Of a DNA stretch of 41,107 bases, positions 29,746-39,133 are shown piece by piece. The notes under the pieces were generated by a model that searched no databases, was not told where the DNA came from, and saw nothing but the letters and a program-made list of their open reading frames with translations. Position numbers and translations under genes: made by a program. Each line of letters opens with the position of its first letter. Positions within the stretch are counted from its first letter, which is position 1. The DNA is from Candidatus Sigynarchaeum calidifontis (GTDB lineage: Archaea; Asgardarchaeota; Lokiarchaeia; Sigyniarchaeales; Sigyniarchaeaceae), in the NCBI GenBank assembly GCA_030587475.2, contig JAUQYZ020000173.1, positions 1 through 41,107 of the forward strand, given 5' to 3'.

Positions 29746-29895
29746 CCTCGTTCAAATCACTATAAAAAAATAGAATTATTAAGGGGGTCTAAACCAAACA
29801 TGAACATCGTGGCATTGACACGGCTTTTCCGCCCCGGTTAAGAATATGTATATTTATCCTGGCCTACCTCCTATCAACCACTGGCACGAATTCCC

Positions 29896-30504
29896 ATGAC
29901 CGTCCTCACGAGGGAGATGCTCGCGGAGGCGCTCGACATCGTCTTGAGCCAGCAGTTCATCTCCGATGATTTCACTATCTTGAACCGGCAGAAAAAAGAG
30001 TCCATCCGCATCCCCGGCACGAAGTTCACGTATTTGCGCGTCAAGAACGCGATCTTGGAAGGAGTAAAACTCGTGCTTAGCGAACAGATGGATAAATTCA
30101 TCGATTACTTGTCGACCAAGTTCAAGGTGCCCCGCAAGGCCTTCGACGACAAGTTTGCCTCTTTCGGCGAGCAGCAGCTTCTCATGATGGACAACCGCAT
30201 GAAGTTCACCATGATCATCGCCACGTTGCGGGAGTTCTGGCAAGACGTGGCTTACAAGCAGGTCATCGACGAGATTCGGAGGACGATTTACTCGAACAAC
30301 TTGACCCCCGAGCCCCCCACGTCTGACCAGGTGAACAAGATCGTGTCGGAACACTTCGGCCCAGACTTCTCGATGATGGTGAACCTCATGGTGCTAAAGG
30401 AAATGGGTCGGCTCGCGGGCACGCCGCTCCAGTACGAGGACGCGTGGTTTCGATTGATGGACAGCATGGCTTCCGAAGTCGCATTGAAGATCACGGGACC
30501 GTGA
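29896..30504 (+). CDS. Hypothetical protein (gene A; 3' end duplicated at 33876-34068)
   Basis: 202-aa helical ORF with typical codon usage. Confidence 0.75.
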   Translation: MTVLTREMLAEALDIVLSQQFISDDFTILNRQKKESIRIPGTKFTYLRVKNAILEGVKLVLSEQMDKFIDYLSTKFKVPRKAFDDKFASFGEQQLLMMDNRMKFTMIIATLREFWQDVAYKQVIDEIRRTIYSNNLTPEPPTSDQVNKIVSEHFGPDFSMMVNLMVLKEMGRLAGTPLQYEDAWFRLMDSMASEVALKITGP

Positions 30505-30510
30505 AATATC

Positions 30511-32487
30511 ATGCCATTAAAATTCCTGTTCCAGAAGAAGTTAGATGCACGCAAAGAGCGCGATCTGGTCGATACCTTCGACCTCGAAAAGGAATATCCC
30601 GAATTCAAGGGCTGGGAATCCATAGGGTTCCACCGGCCCCTTGGCGACGAGATGTGGCAATACGCGATTGAAATAATCCAGGGCGCATTGGGCATCTTGC
30701 TGCTAGCTTTTTTCATAAGCTTGCTTAACCCCTTCCCCGAGATCGCGGGATATGCTGGAATTGCAGGCGGTGTTTTTTCTATCATCTATCAAATATTCGA
30801 TATCGGTACGAACTACGGTATATCACGCTGGATCGCGGAATACCGCATCCGGGATCCACAGAAGATGTTAGAATACCTGCGTTTCGCAATTTGGTATCAG
30901 ATGTTCACCGGACTTATCCAGATCACGATTCTTTCGTTTGTCACGTTCCAATTCTTAACGACGAGCGAATTTGCTTACGTTATCTGGCTCTTGCTTATTG
31001 GTCTCCAGAAACAATGGCCAGGAATGCTCAGCATCTTCAAAAATGTTCTTGGCGGGCTTCAACATTACGACAAGACAAACATCATCAGTTTTCTTCAAGG
31101 CGAGATCGTCCAGCGCGCCACGAACGTCGTCTTTGTCTTGCTCGGTCGCTGGTACGGCGAGACGCACCCGGAGATGGGCATGATAATGGGCATGGCTATC
31201 GGGGCGTCGATCGGCGGGTACATCGATGACATCTTCATCATGTTCGTTTCTGGCTATTTCTTCAATAAGATCTTGAAAAAAGCGGGCATCACGTTCAAGG
31301 ATGCGTGGCAATTCAAGTTCGGCCGTGACGTCATCCGGAACTGCCTGTTCTACGGGGCCCAGACATCCGTCATACCTATCATCAACAGTTTCACGGGCAC
31401 GCTGGCTTTCTTTTGGTATGTCGACATGATACCAGGCCTTGCAACGTGGAAAGCTCTTGCTGGATTTGCAGCGAACTTCAGCGGTATCATCGACTCTGTC
31501 GGGCGCTTTTCCCTCACGGCAGCCATTGCCGAGTCGTATAGCAACGGGAAGAAGGAGCTCGCCGAATTTTACGTGTCGTACAGCATGAAATGGAAGCTCA
31601 TGTTCAACATGGTGTTTTTGGCTGGCGTGCTCGCTGCTTTCCCATTTTTCTCGATATACGTCATGGAATCCCGGGCCTTGCATTTTTACATACCCGCGCT
31701 CGTGTTCATCGTGCCCCAGCTTGTCAAGCGGTTGATCAGCCCGTTTCTCGGCCTTCCAAACGACATCTTTAACGGGGCCATGTTTATCACGCAATACACG
31801 GTTCTCCGGATCTTCGAGGAGATCATCGAGGTCTTCTTCACGTACCTGTGGCTCTTCGTCTTCCGCATCCAGGACCTTGGCATAGGCGGTATCATCTTCC
31901 TCGTCGTGTTCCAAAATTATATATCGACGATCATCAAGACAATTATCGCGTATATCTACGCCCATCGGCGCATTCTCAAGATCAAGATATACTGGATGGT
32001 TTCCGTCGTGATCCCGTTCGTTTCAGCCGTGCCCTTGATCCTCGTTGGGCAAGTCTGGTTATACACGGGCTTTTACCCGATGATGCATGCCCTCGGTATC
32101 GAGCTCACGGCGGTCATCTCGTTGCTCCTCATGGTGCCGATCGCCTTGTTCACGTTTTTCCCGCTCACGGCCATCCTCGGCGGGTGGGATGATTACCAGC
32201 TGTTCACGTTCAAGAAGGGCGTCCAGCTCAGCGGGCCATCAAAGCCGATTTTCATGCTGGTCTATAAACTCCTGGAAAAATCGTGTCAATTTGCACGCAA
32301 GATGGGTACACACGGGCGGTTCCGCATCCCGTACGAAACCGCGCATCAACAGGTTCGCGAGCTCTTGGAGCTCAAGCGGACGGCCGTGTATAGGAAGCCC
32401 GCCGGCCCGCCTGTCAAGGGCGCGCCGTGGCTCAAGGAAGCGAAATATGACTATGTCCCTTCGGGGAAATCCGATAAAAACGAGTAA
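30511..32487 (+). CDS. MOP-superfamily (Wzx/MATE-like) flippase-type membrane protein
   Basis: About 12-14 TM; FDIGTNYGISRWIAEY resembles the Wzx DxG...SRYIA motif. Confidence 0.7.
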   Translation: MPLKFLFQKKLDARKERDLVDTFDLEKEYPEFKGWESIGFHRPLGDEMWQYAIEIIQGALGILLLAFFISLLNPFPEIAGYAGIAGGVFSIIYQIFDIGTNYGISRWIAEYRIRDPQKMLEYLRFAIWYQMFTGLIQITILSFVTFQFLTTSEFAYVIWLLLIGLQKQWPGMLSIFKNVLGGLQHYDKTNIISFLQGEIVQRATNVVFVLLGRWYGETHPEMGMIMGMAIGASIGGYIDDIFIMFVSGYFFNKILKKAGITFKDAWQFKFGRDVIRNCLFYGAQTSVIPIINSFTGTLAFFWYVDMIPGLATWKALAGFAANFSGIIDSVGRFSLTAAIAESYSNGKKELAEFYVSYSMKWKLMFNMVFLAGVLAAFPFFSIYVMESRALHFYIPALVFIVPQLVKRLISPFLGLPNDIFNGAMFITQYTVLRIFEEIIEVFFTYLWLFVFRIQDLGIGGIIFLVVFQNYISTIIKTIIAYIYAHRRILKIKIYWMVSVVIPFVSAVPLILVGQVWLYTGFYPMMHALGIELTAVISLLLMVPIALFTFFPLTAILGGWDDYQLFTFKKGVQLSGPSKPIFMLVYKLLEKSCQFARKMGTHGRFRIPYETAHQQVRELLELKRTAVYRKPAGPPVKGAPWLKEAKYDYVPSGKSDKNE

Positions 32488-32548
32488 AACTAGACGAACT
32501 CAAACCACTTCGGTTCCGAAACTAGCCAATTCCAAGTGACGCTCGCGC

Positions 32549-33727
32549 ATGAAAAGAAGAAAAGCGTTAATCGCGATCTCTGTATTCTTTCTTATCTACA
32601 TCATGAACGTGTGCATTTTCTTCAATCTTTCGGACATTAAATACAAGTTCATGAAAGACGTGCCTGGGGTGATCGTAAAAATATCGAATGAACAGAGATC
32701 TTATAACGCGTTCCCGAAAGTCATACGCACTGGCGACATTTCGGTCAATCCGATGGGGGCGCTTCTGGCCGTTTGGTATAGCGGCAATGCACATGTTGAT
32801 ACGAATAGTGATGGCCAGATATGGGGTGCTTTTTCATGCGATGATGGTCGCACGTGGTCCCCGCCGGCGCTTGTCTACGACGATCCTGTCCTCGATTGCC
32901 GGAACATCGGTATTGCAAAAGCACCGAACGGGACGATCATCCTATTTTTCGCAAAAGTCCTCGTCCAAGGTTCGTCCTGGACATGGAAAGATTTTGGTTT
33001 CATCAAGTCGAGCGATCATGGGCATTCGTGGAGCCCGTTCACGTCCTTGATATCGAACACATCATCGATCGTTCCTGGCGTTGGCAATGGCAATGGGTAT
33101 GGCGATCCCATCATGATTCAAGGCAAGATATACATCCTCTGTTATAGTAGACCCGACCCTCCGGCGTTTCCACATTATAGTTCGTTTCTCTTGACGTCGA
33201 GCGATAATGGAACAACGTGGGAGTACAAGAGCAAAATCAACAAGAACTCGACGATCCCTGCAAACGAAGCCGATTTTCTTCTTGGCAATGCCAGTGGTAG
33301 CGACCTGATCTTCGGTTTCACGCGAACAATGGATACATCTGGCGATTTGCTTCATTATTTCGAGTCATCCGATCATGGCGTATCGTGGCCTGTGCTGTTT
33401 TCGACAAACATCTGGGGTCAAAGTCCTGATTTGTTTCAATTGAGCGATGGCCGGTACGTCGTGGCATATCGGGCCCGAAATGATCAAGGCATCTATTTCA
33501 TTGGTTATTTCACGTTGGATGCCGCCTTTCCTTCCTTTTCGAATAAAAGGGAAACGTTGACACGACTTGTCCAGAAATGTCTCGTGAAAACAACATATGG
33601 CCAAGGAAGGAGTGACATGGGATACCCGTCTATCGTATCGGTTGGTTCTGGTAAGATCCTCGTTGTTTTTTATGATATCGATGCTGGAGGCGTGTTTTCA
33701 AAACTCATTGATGAAAAGAACCTTTAA
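32549..33727 (+). CDS. Membrane-anchored BNR/Asp-box (exo-alpha-sialidase-like) beta-propeller protein
   Basis: Asp-boxes SCDDGRTW, SSDHGHSW, SSDNGTTW, SSDHGVSW; YNAFP; DMGYPS; N-terminal TM. Confidence 0.85.
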   Translation: MKRRKALIAISVFFLIYIMNVCIFFNLSDIKYKFMKDVPGVIVKISNEQRSYNAFPKVIRTGDISVNPMGALLAVWYSGNAHVDTNSDGQIWGAFSCDDGRTWSPPALVYDDPVLDCRNIGIAKAPNGTIILFFAKVLVQGSSWTWKDFGFIKSSDHGHSWSPFTSLISNTSSIVPGVGNGNGYGDPIMIQGKIYILCYSRPDPPAFPHYSSFLLTSSDNGTTWEYKSKINKNSTIPANEADFLLGNASGSDLIFGFTRTMDTSGDLLHYFESSDHGVSWPVLFSTNIWGQSPDLFQLSDGRYVVAYRARNDQGIYFIGYFTLDAAFPSFSNKRETLTRLVQKCLVKTTYGQGRSDMGYPSIVSVGSGKILVVFYDIDAGGVFSKLIDEKNL

Positions 33728-33790
33728 AGGTGACCGTGATAACCCCGCATGCACGGGATCCACGACAATACATCATTCGAAAAAGCAGCC

Positions 33791-33870
33791 TTAAAACAGC
33801 TTGAAGGCGAACCGGACGTGGCTATAGAGCGGTAATGATCGTCTTTCGCCACGTAAAAGATGATGCCGTC
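33791..33870 (-). pseudogene. Degraded copy of the 3' end of gene 35305..36285 (B')
   Basis: GIIFYVAKDDHYR / SHVRFAFKLF* versus GIIFYVAKDEQYR...SHVRFGFKPF*, with an internal deletion of ~50 bp. Confidence 0.85.
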
Positions 33871-33875
33871 CTTCT

Positions 33876-34068
33876 GCCCCCCACGGCCGACCAGGTAAAC
33901 AAGATCGTGTCGGAACACTTCGCCCCAGGCTTCTCCATGATGGTGAACCTCATGGTGCTAAAGGAAATGGGTCGGCTCGCGGGCACGCCGCTCCAGTACG
34001 AGGACGCGTGGTTTCGATTGATGGACGGTATGGCTTCCGAAGTAGCGTTAAAAATAACGGGATCGTGA
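33876..34068 (+). pseudogene. Duplicate of the last 193 bp of gene 29896..30504 (A')
   Basis: Aligns without gaps to 30312-30504; about 14 mismatches by manual count and a ~90-bp identical core. Confidence 0.92.
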
Positions 34069-34088
34069 CCGAATAATAAGTGTAGGAG

Positions 34089-34511
34089 ATGGAGATCATC
34101 ATCATTGGCCATCTGGAAGATGGCCCGGAGGGATCCACAGGAGAGGGATCCTGGATTCGCTTCCGGACGATGCAGCTGGAAGGGACGGCGCGGTTGATCA
34201 CTCGTGGAAAGGATGCAGGCACGTTAGCGCTCGGCACAAGGCTATTCGTGGAGGCCGGATACGATCTGGTTGACAAGTTCGAGCTGGTATCAAGCCACTG
34301 CGAGGACATGCTCGAGCAAGGTGCTACCACGGGGAGCTACGTGGTCATCGGACGCGTGGTGCAAGCCTGGCCCGATCGCGTCGTGATAGTTCGCGTTCAC
34401 GACATGTCGATCATGATCAAGGTGCCTGATGATGTCCCGGCTGAGCCAAGTCAAGGAACACGGCTAAAATTCTACTTGCTAGGTCTGTCGCTTTGGGATA
34501 TACACGCCTGA
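34089..34511 (+). CDS. Hypothetical protein
   Basis: 140-aa beta-rich ORF (possible OB-like C-terminus) with aggag upstream. Confidence 0.6.
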   Translation: MEIIIIGHLEDGPEGSTGEGSWIRFRTMQLEGTARLITRGKDAGTLALGTRLFVEAGYDLVDKFELVSSHCEDMLEQGATTGSYVVIGRVVQAWPDRVVIVRVHDMSIMIKVPDDVPAEPSQGTRLKFYLLGLSLWDIHA

Positions 34512-34545
34512 ATCCCCTTGAGCGGATGAATGGCCCTCGTAAAAC

Positions 34546-34571
34546 TATATGTACTCATATGAGTATATGTA
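34546..34571. promoter_or_regulatory. Palindromic operator upstream of vapBC
   Basis: Perfect 14-bp palindrome tactcatatgagta (34552-34565) with imperfect extension, ~27 bp upstream of the antitoxin ATG. Confidence 0.6.
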
Positions 34572-34591
34572 TGATGAAGGTATGAATTACC

Positions 34592-34843
34592 ATGACATCA
34601 AAAAACATATCGATCACCAAGGACGTATATGATACTCTTATGAGACTCCGCCATGGTGATGAAAGCTTTTCTGATGTTATTAGACGACTTGTTAACGAAC
34701 AAAAAAGGGATCCATTGCGTTTTTTTGGCATTTTAAACGATGAGGCGCCCGAAGATATAGATATCGTCGAGAATTCAATGGAAGAAGCGAGACAATCGGC
34801 AATTTCTTCGTCTAGTAAACGGATCAAAGAATTGAAGGTTTGA
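34592..34843 (+). CDS. vapB: Archaeal VapB-family antitoxin
   Basis: SKNISITKDVYDTLMRLRHGDESFSDVIRRL signature; directly upstream of a PIN gene. Confidence 0.88.
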   Translation: MTSKNISITKDVYDTLMRLRHGDESFSDVIRRLVNEQKRDPLRFFGILNDEAPEDIDIVENSMEEARQSAISSSSKRIKELKV

Positions 34844-34847
34844 GATC

Positions 34848-35261
34848 GTGTTCATTGCAGACACTACTGTTATCATCGACACTGCCCGGGGGAAGGACGG
34901 CGTTAAAAAAGTTCTCGATCAACTGCACCAGGAAGATATCTGTATTTCATCAATCTCACTGGAGGAAATTTACGCGGGTTTGGGGCATTCCCTATCCCGG
35001 TTAGGAGTAAAGACATTCACGCGAATCAAGGAGAAATATGAAAAGGTTTTGGCCCAGTTTAAACCACTAGCCGTCACTGAACGGTTGCTCAAGAAAGCAG
35101 GAATGTACCGGGGCGAGTGCCTGGCAAAGGGGTTTGTCGTCGCTCCTGCCGATGCGATCATCGCGATCACTGCCGAGATGGAAGGTGCCGGCTCCATTAT
35201 CACGAGAAATCCCGATCATTTCAAGGATGCCAAGGTCAATATCCTCTCTTATTCGATTTAA
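34848..35261 (+). CDS. vapC: PIN-domain toxin VapC
   Basis: ADTTVIID, ISLEEI, ADAIIA, TRNPDHF. Confidence 0.92.
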   Translation: MFIADTTVIIDTARGKDGVKKVLDQLHQEDICISSISLEEIYAGLGHSLSRLGVKTFTRIKEKYEKVLAQFKPLAVTERLLKKAGMYRGECLAKGFVVAPADAIIAITAEMEGAGSIITRNPDHFKDAKVNILSYSI

Positions 35262-35304
35262 CAATTCAAGCGCGAATATCGCTCTTTATCTTTAAAAAAG
35301 GGCT

Positions 35305-36285
35305 TTAAAACGGCTTGAAACCGAACCGGACGTGGCTGCCGAGCAGTTTCGGGATCAACGGGCGCAAAAAGTTGAGCCACTTGAGGTTCTGGCGGTATTG
35401 TTCGTCCTTCGCGACGTAGAAGATGATGCCGTTCACCGCGTGGTCGTCCTCCTTCCACATGACCGCTTTCCACACGGCATCGCCGGGCGTCTCGTTGAAC
35501 GCCTTGCCGAGAAACACGTAAACCTGCTGGAGGACGTGGTTGTAGGCTTGCATGCGCATCGCGGACTGGTTTTCCTTGATGTGCTGCACGCCGCCCGGGT
35601 CGGGCGTGACGAACGGGCTTACCCAGAGTTGTTTTTCCGGGAATGTATTCTTGAGGATATTTCGCAATTTCTCCCAGTTGAAGCCATTACCTGCGTTGTC
35701 GCGCAATATGCTTTCGAGCTTCTCCTCGAATTCCTTTCGCGCTTTTTTCCAGCCACCCGGGATCGGCTCGTTTTGGTCCTTTGCATATTGCCAGAAATTC
35801 AAGCCATTCTTCACGTATTTCTCCCGCTCTTGCGGGCGCTTCTTGGCCCAGTTGAGCAAGATGAAATATCGCTTTCGGTAGCCTTTTTCCTTGTCGTTTT
35901 CGTCGATCCTCAAGGCCTTGTTGTGAATGCCGAGTTTTTCGACTGCCTTGATGTATTCCTCTTCAACGGCCGCCTGGAGCTTCCCTTCGACCTTGAGAGG
36001 CTCGTGCTTGATCTTGGCTGCATCGAGGGCCTCCCGGGCCTTCTCGAAAATGGAGCCCGAGCAGATGAGAACGGTTTCGTCCTCCTTGCGATTCATGGCG
36101 AGCAAGCCGCGCATGACGGCCTTCGCGGCCTCTTCTTGAGGTAATTCCTTGTAGTACTTAGGGGCTTGATACGCCTCGAGGGGAATCCACTCAAAATGGA
36201 GACTATCTGTTTCACGGCGATAAAAACCGATGACAGCACCTAAGAGCGGGTCGCCGGTGCCCGCATCGTCTATTTCAATAGTCAT
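35305..36285 (-). CDS. RNase H-like (IDDAG) domain protein with extra C-terminal domain (gene B)
   Basis: MTIEIDDAGTGDPLLGAVIG resembles the RNase HII-like IDEAGxG start; ICSGSIF. Confidence 0.65.
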   Translation of the reverse strand: MTIEIDDAGTGDPLLGAVIGFYRRETDSLHFEWIPLEAYQAPKYYKELPQEEAAKAVMRGLLAMNRKEDETVLICSGSIFEKAREALDAAKIKHEPLKVEGKLQAAVEEEYIKAVEKLGIHNKALRIDENDKEKGYRKRYFILLNWAKKRPQEREKYVKNGLNFWQYAKDQNEPIPGGWKKARKEFEEKLESILRDNAGNGFNWEKLRNILKNTFPEKQLWVSPFVTPDPGGVQHIKENQSAMRMQAYNHVLQQVYVFLGKAFNETPGDAVWKAVMWKEDDHAVNGIIFYVAKDEQYRQNLKWLNFLRPLIPKLLGSHVRFGFKPF

Positions 36286-36424
36286 AATTCAAAGATCTGT
36301 TGCGTGTATTGTGAAAGTGAAAGGAGCGGGGGCATTTATTCTTTTGGGCGGGTCTTTCGGGGAACGGGTTGCGCGGAACCATGGTAAAAAATAGACGGAC
36401 AAAAATGCGAGCGTGCCGCGTCGT

Positions 36425-37528
36425 TCAGCCGCGCAATTTTTTCGAGGCAGCGTAGATGCGCGTGGCCATGGTATCGATGTGCTCCTCTTCCCAATCTTTG
36501 ACCAGCGTCATGAAATTATTGTTCAAGGGCTGCTGCCACTCGGCCGGGACATTTTCGGGGCCGAGCATCGTGCCGAGGATGCCGCCGACATTCCCGCAGT
36601 TGCAATCCGCGTCCATGCCGCAATCGGCGCAGATCTCGAGGCTCCTGGAAAAATCCCCTTGCCCGTGAAGCAGCGCGAGCATGATGATACCCGCGTTGGG
36701 CAACGTATGGATGTGGAACAGCTTGCGAAGCGTGTTTCGCCGATCTTCGTCCGAATCATTGCATAATTCGTCCAGGATCTCCCCCGCCGCGAAATCTCTG
36801 AAAGAAAGGAAGTTTCGCTCCCAATCGGCGGGGCTCGCTTCATAAAGCGACTCGACTTTCGCCACTACCTTGGCGTACATGCTGTTGGGCGGAATCACGG
36901 CCTTGCTCTTCTCGATCACCCTGCGCAACCACGTGAATTGCACGGCGCCAAGCGTGACAGCACTGGCCGGCAGCTCGAACGCGTTCGCGACCATAGCCGA
37001 GACGAAGAGTTCTCCCGTGATGCCCTCGCGAGCGTGGCTTACTTGTGCGTCGACACGTGCGAGATTCACCGCGGCGTCGACGTCACCCGGGTAAACCCAG
37101 CCGGGCAACTCGCCGCGCATCTGCGCGCCGATGAAATCGTAGTACGGGTTCCCGTCCACGAGTGCCTCGCCAAATCGGAATTCTCCCCGCTTGAACCTGT
37201 CGATAGCCACCTTCTCGGCCGTGAACGTGAAGTTTGGATGGATGAGCTCCAGCCACTTCCGCGCCACGTCCATCGTGGTCACGTCCCGTCCTTTCTCCTC
37301 CAGGGTAACGAGCAGCACCATCTCGAACATCTCGTCGTCGTTTGGCATGCCGGGGATGTGCCCTTCCTCGTCAAACTTGAACCCGACGTAGCTGTTGATG
37401 GTCCCGTGCACGTTTTTTATGCTCTCATAAGATTTCCCCTCGGCAATCGCCCCCATCGTGCTCCCGACGACCCGCCCGATGAACCCCCCGTGTATCCGCC
37501 TTTGTATCTCCTTCTCGTCCAGGTTCAA
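36425..37528 (-). CDS. ADP-ribosylglycohydrolase-family protein
   Basis: GSTMGAIAEG, PNDDE, IGAQMRGE, DAQVSH, GMDADCNCGNVGGILG; start (TTG) chosen to avoid overlapping the divergent gene. Confidence 0.88.
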   Translation of the reverse strand: MNLDEKEIQRRIHGGFIGRVVGSTMGAIAEGKSYESIKNVHGTINSYVGFKFDEEGHIPGMPNDDEMFEMVLLVTLEEKGRDVTTMDVARKWLELIHPNFTFTAEKVAIDRFKRGEFRFGEALVDGNPYYDFIGAQMRGELPGWVYPGDVDAAVNLARVDAQVSHAREGITGELFVSAMVANAFELPASAVTLGAVQFTWLRRVIEKSKAVIPPNSMYAKVVAKVESLYEASPADWERNFLSFRDFAAGEILDELCNDSDEDRRNTLRKLFHIHTLPNAGIIMLALLHGQGDFSRSLEICADCGMDADCNCGNVGGILGTMLGPENVPAEWQQPLNNNFMTLVKDWEEEHIDTMATRIYAASKKLRG

Positions 37529-37637
37529 AGCAACCGACCTTTTTTTACTGGTTCTCGCTGTCGCGTTTTTGATATCAATGAGAATGGAAATTGTTTTATG
37601 AATTTCGGATACTTCATAGCTTTCAAGCACATGCGCC

Positions 37638-39080
37638 TTGATTCTCGTGAAGAACATCATCATCGGCGCCGGGCCAGCGGGGCTTTCCGCGGCGTATAAT
37701 CTCGCCCGGCATGAGATCGGCAACTTGCTCGTCTTGGAGAAGGAGTTGCAAATAGGGGGCCTTGCTAAGACTCTGGAATTCACGTTCGATGGCGAGACCT
37801 ACCGCACCGACACGGGACCGCACCGGTTCTTCTCGCAGAACCCGGCCCTTTACAAGATGATCGAGGAATTACTGGGGCCTGATTGGGTCGTCGTCGACCG
37901 GCTCACGCGGCAGCTCATCGACGGAAAGTACTTCAACTACCCCGTGGACATCTTGCAAGCCGTCCGTAACGTGAACCCGTTGGTCGCGATCAAGATGATG
38001 CTAGACTTCGTGCAAGCGACCACGCGGAAGATCCTGGTCAATCCAAAGGTCGTAACGTTCGAGGACTTCGTTGTCCTCAATTTTGGCCGTCGTCTCGGCC
38101 AGTTCAACATGCTCAACTACACGGAGAAGATATGGGGCATCCCTTGCTCGCAGATCGCGGCGTCCTGGGCGGCCCAGCGTATCAAGGGCATGAACGCGTT
38201 CGACATCGTGAAAAAGGCAGTGATCAAGTCCGGGGGTCCACGGTCGATGGTCGACTCGTTCTACTACCCGAAAAAGGGCATCCAAGAAATTTACGACAAG
38301 ATGGCCGAGTTCGCAGTCTTGAAAGGCGCGAAGATCGAGAAAGAAGTTGACATCACGAAAATCACGCACGACGGGAAACAAGTCACGAGCATCGAATACA
38401 ACAAGGGCGGAAAAGCCGTTAAAGAGGGCGTCCAGAACCTGATCTCCTCCATGCCCATAACGGATCTCGTCAAGATAATGGATCCCGCGGCGCCTGCGCA
38501 CGTCATCAAGGCTGCAGACAGCCTCGGCTATCGCGATCAAGTACAAGTCTTCCTCATCATCGACAAGCCCCATATCACAAAGGACACGTGGATTTACTTC
38601 CCAACGACGCCGCCAACGTTCGGCAGGGCAATGGAACCGAAGAACTGGTACCCGACGCTGTCCCCGGAGCGCCGCTCCTCGCTCCTGGTCGAATATTTCG
38701 TCTTCAAGGGCGATAAAACATGGTCGATGCCCGACGAAACCCTCATCAAGCGGACGGTTCACGAGTTGAAGTGGCTTGGCTTTATGGATCCGGATCAGTT
38801 GCTCAAAGGCTGGGTTCGGCGGGTAGAGAAAGCTTATCCGATGTGGGACCTAACCTACAAGCAACGCCTCGACCAGCTCACGAACTGGCTCAAGCCATTT
38901 TCCAACCTCTACTGCATCGGACGCAATGGCAGGTATTTCTACAACAACCAGGATCACAGCATCGAAACGGGCTTGCTCGCGGCACAATCCATCATCGACG
39001 GCAAGAAATACGATCTCGATAACATTGGCATGGAGAACACCTATTTTGAAGCCGGAATGCTCTATAAGAAAGGTCGATAA
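37638..39080 (+). CDS. FAD-dependent oxidoreductase (HemY/UDP-galactopyranose mutase-like)
   Basis: IIGAGPAGLSAA, GGLAKT, DTGPHRFF, YTEKIWG, AYP, GRNGRYFYNNQDHS. Confidence 0.85.
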   Translation: MILVKNIIIGAGPAGLSAAYNLARHEIGNLLVLEKELQIGGLAKTLEFTFDGETYRTDTGPHRFFSQNPALYKMIEELLGPDWVVVDRLTRQLIDGKYFNYPVDILQAVRNVNPLVAIKMMLDFVQATTRKILVNPKVVTFEDFVVLNFGRRLGQFNMLNYTEKIWGIPCSQIAASWAAQRIKGMNAFDIVKKAVIKSGGPRSMVDSFYYPKKGIQEIYDKMAEFAVLKGAKIEKEVDITKITHDGKQVTSIEYNKGGKAVKEGVQNLISSMPITDLVKIMDPAAPAHVIKAADSLGYRDQVQVFLIIDKPHITKDTWIYFPTTPPTFGRAMEPKNWYPTLSPERRSSLLVEYFVFKGDKTWSMPDETLIKRTVHELKWLGFMDPDQLLKGWVRRVEKAYPMWDLTYKQRLDQLTNWLKPFSNLYCIGRNGRYFYNNQDHSIETGLLAAQSIIDGKKYDLDNIGMENTYFEAGMLYKKGR

Positions 39081-39133
39081 AGACCATGACAAGCTTCTGG
39101 TAATTCCATTATTAATCGCCCAGCACGATCATC

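Noticed and set aside
33724-34112. ORFs 33724..33918, 33822..34112 and 33835..34068 as real genes
   Set aside because: They are chimeric read-outs of the B' and A' remnants.
37529-37783. N-terminal extensions of the ARH, MaoC (12458-12616) and YkgJ (15372-15473) ORFs
   Set aside because: They overlap divergent genes or lack family similarity, so downstream starts were preferred.
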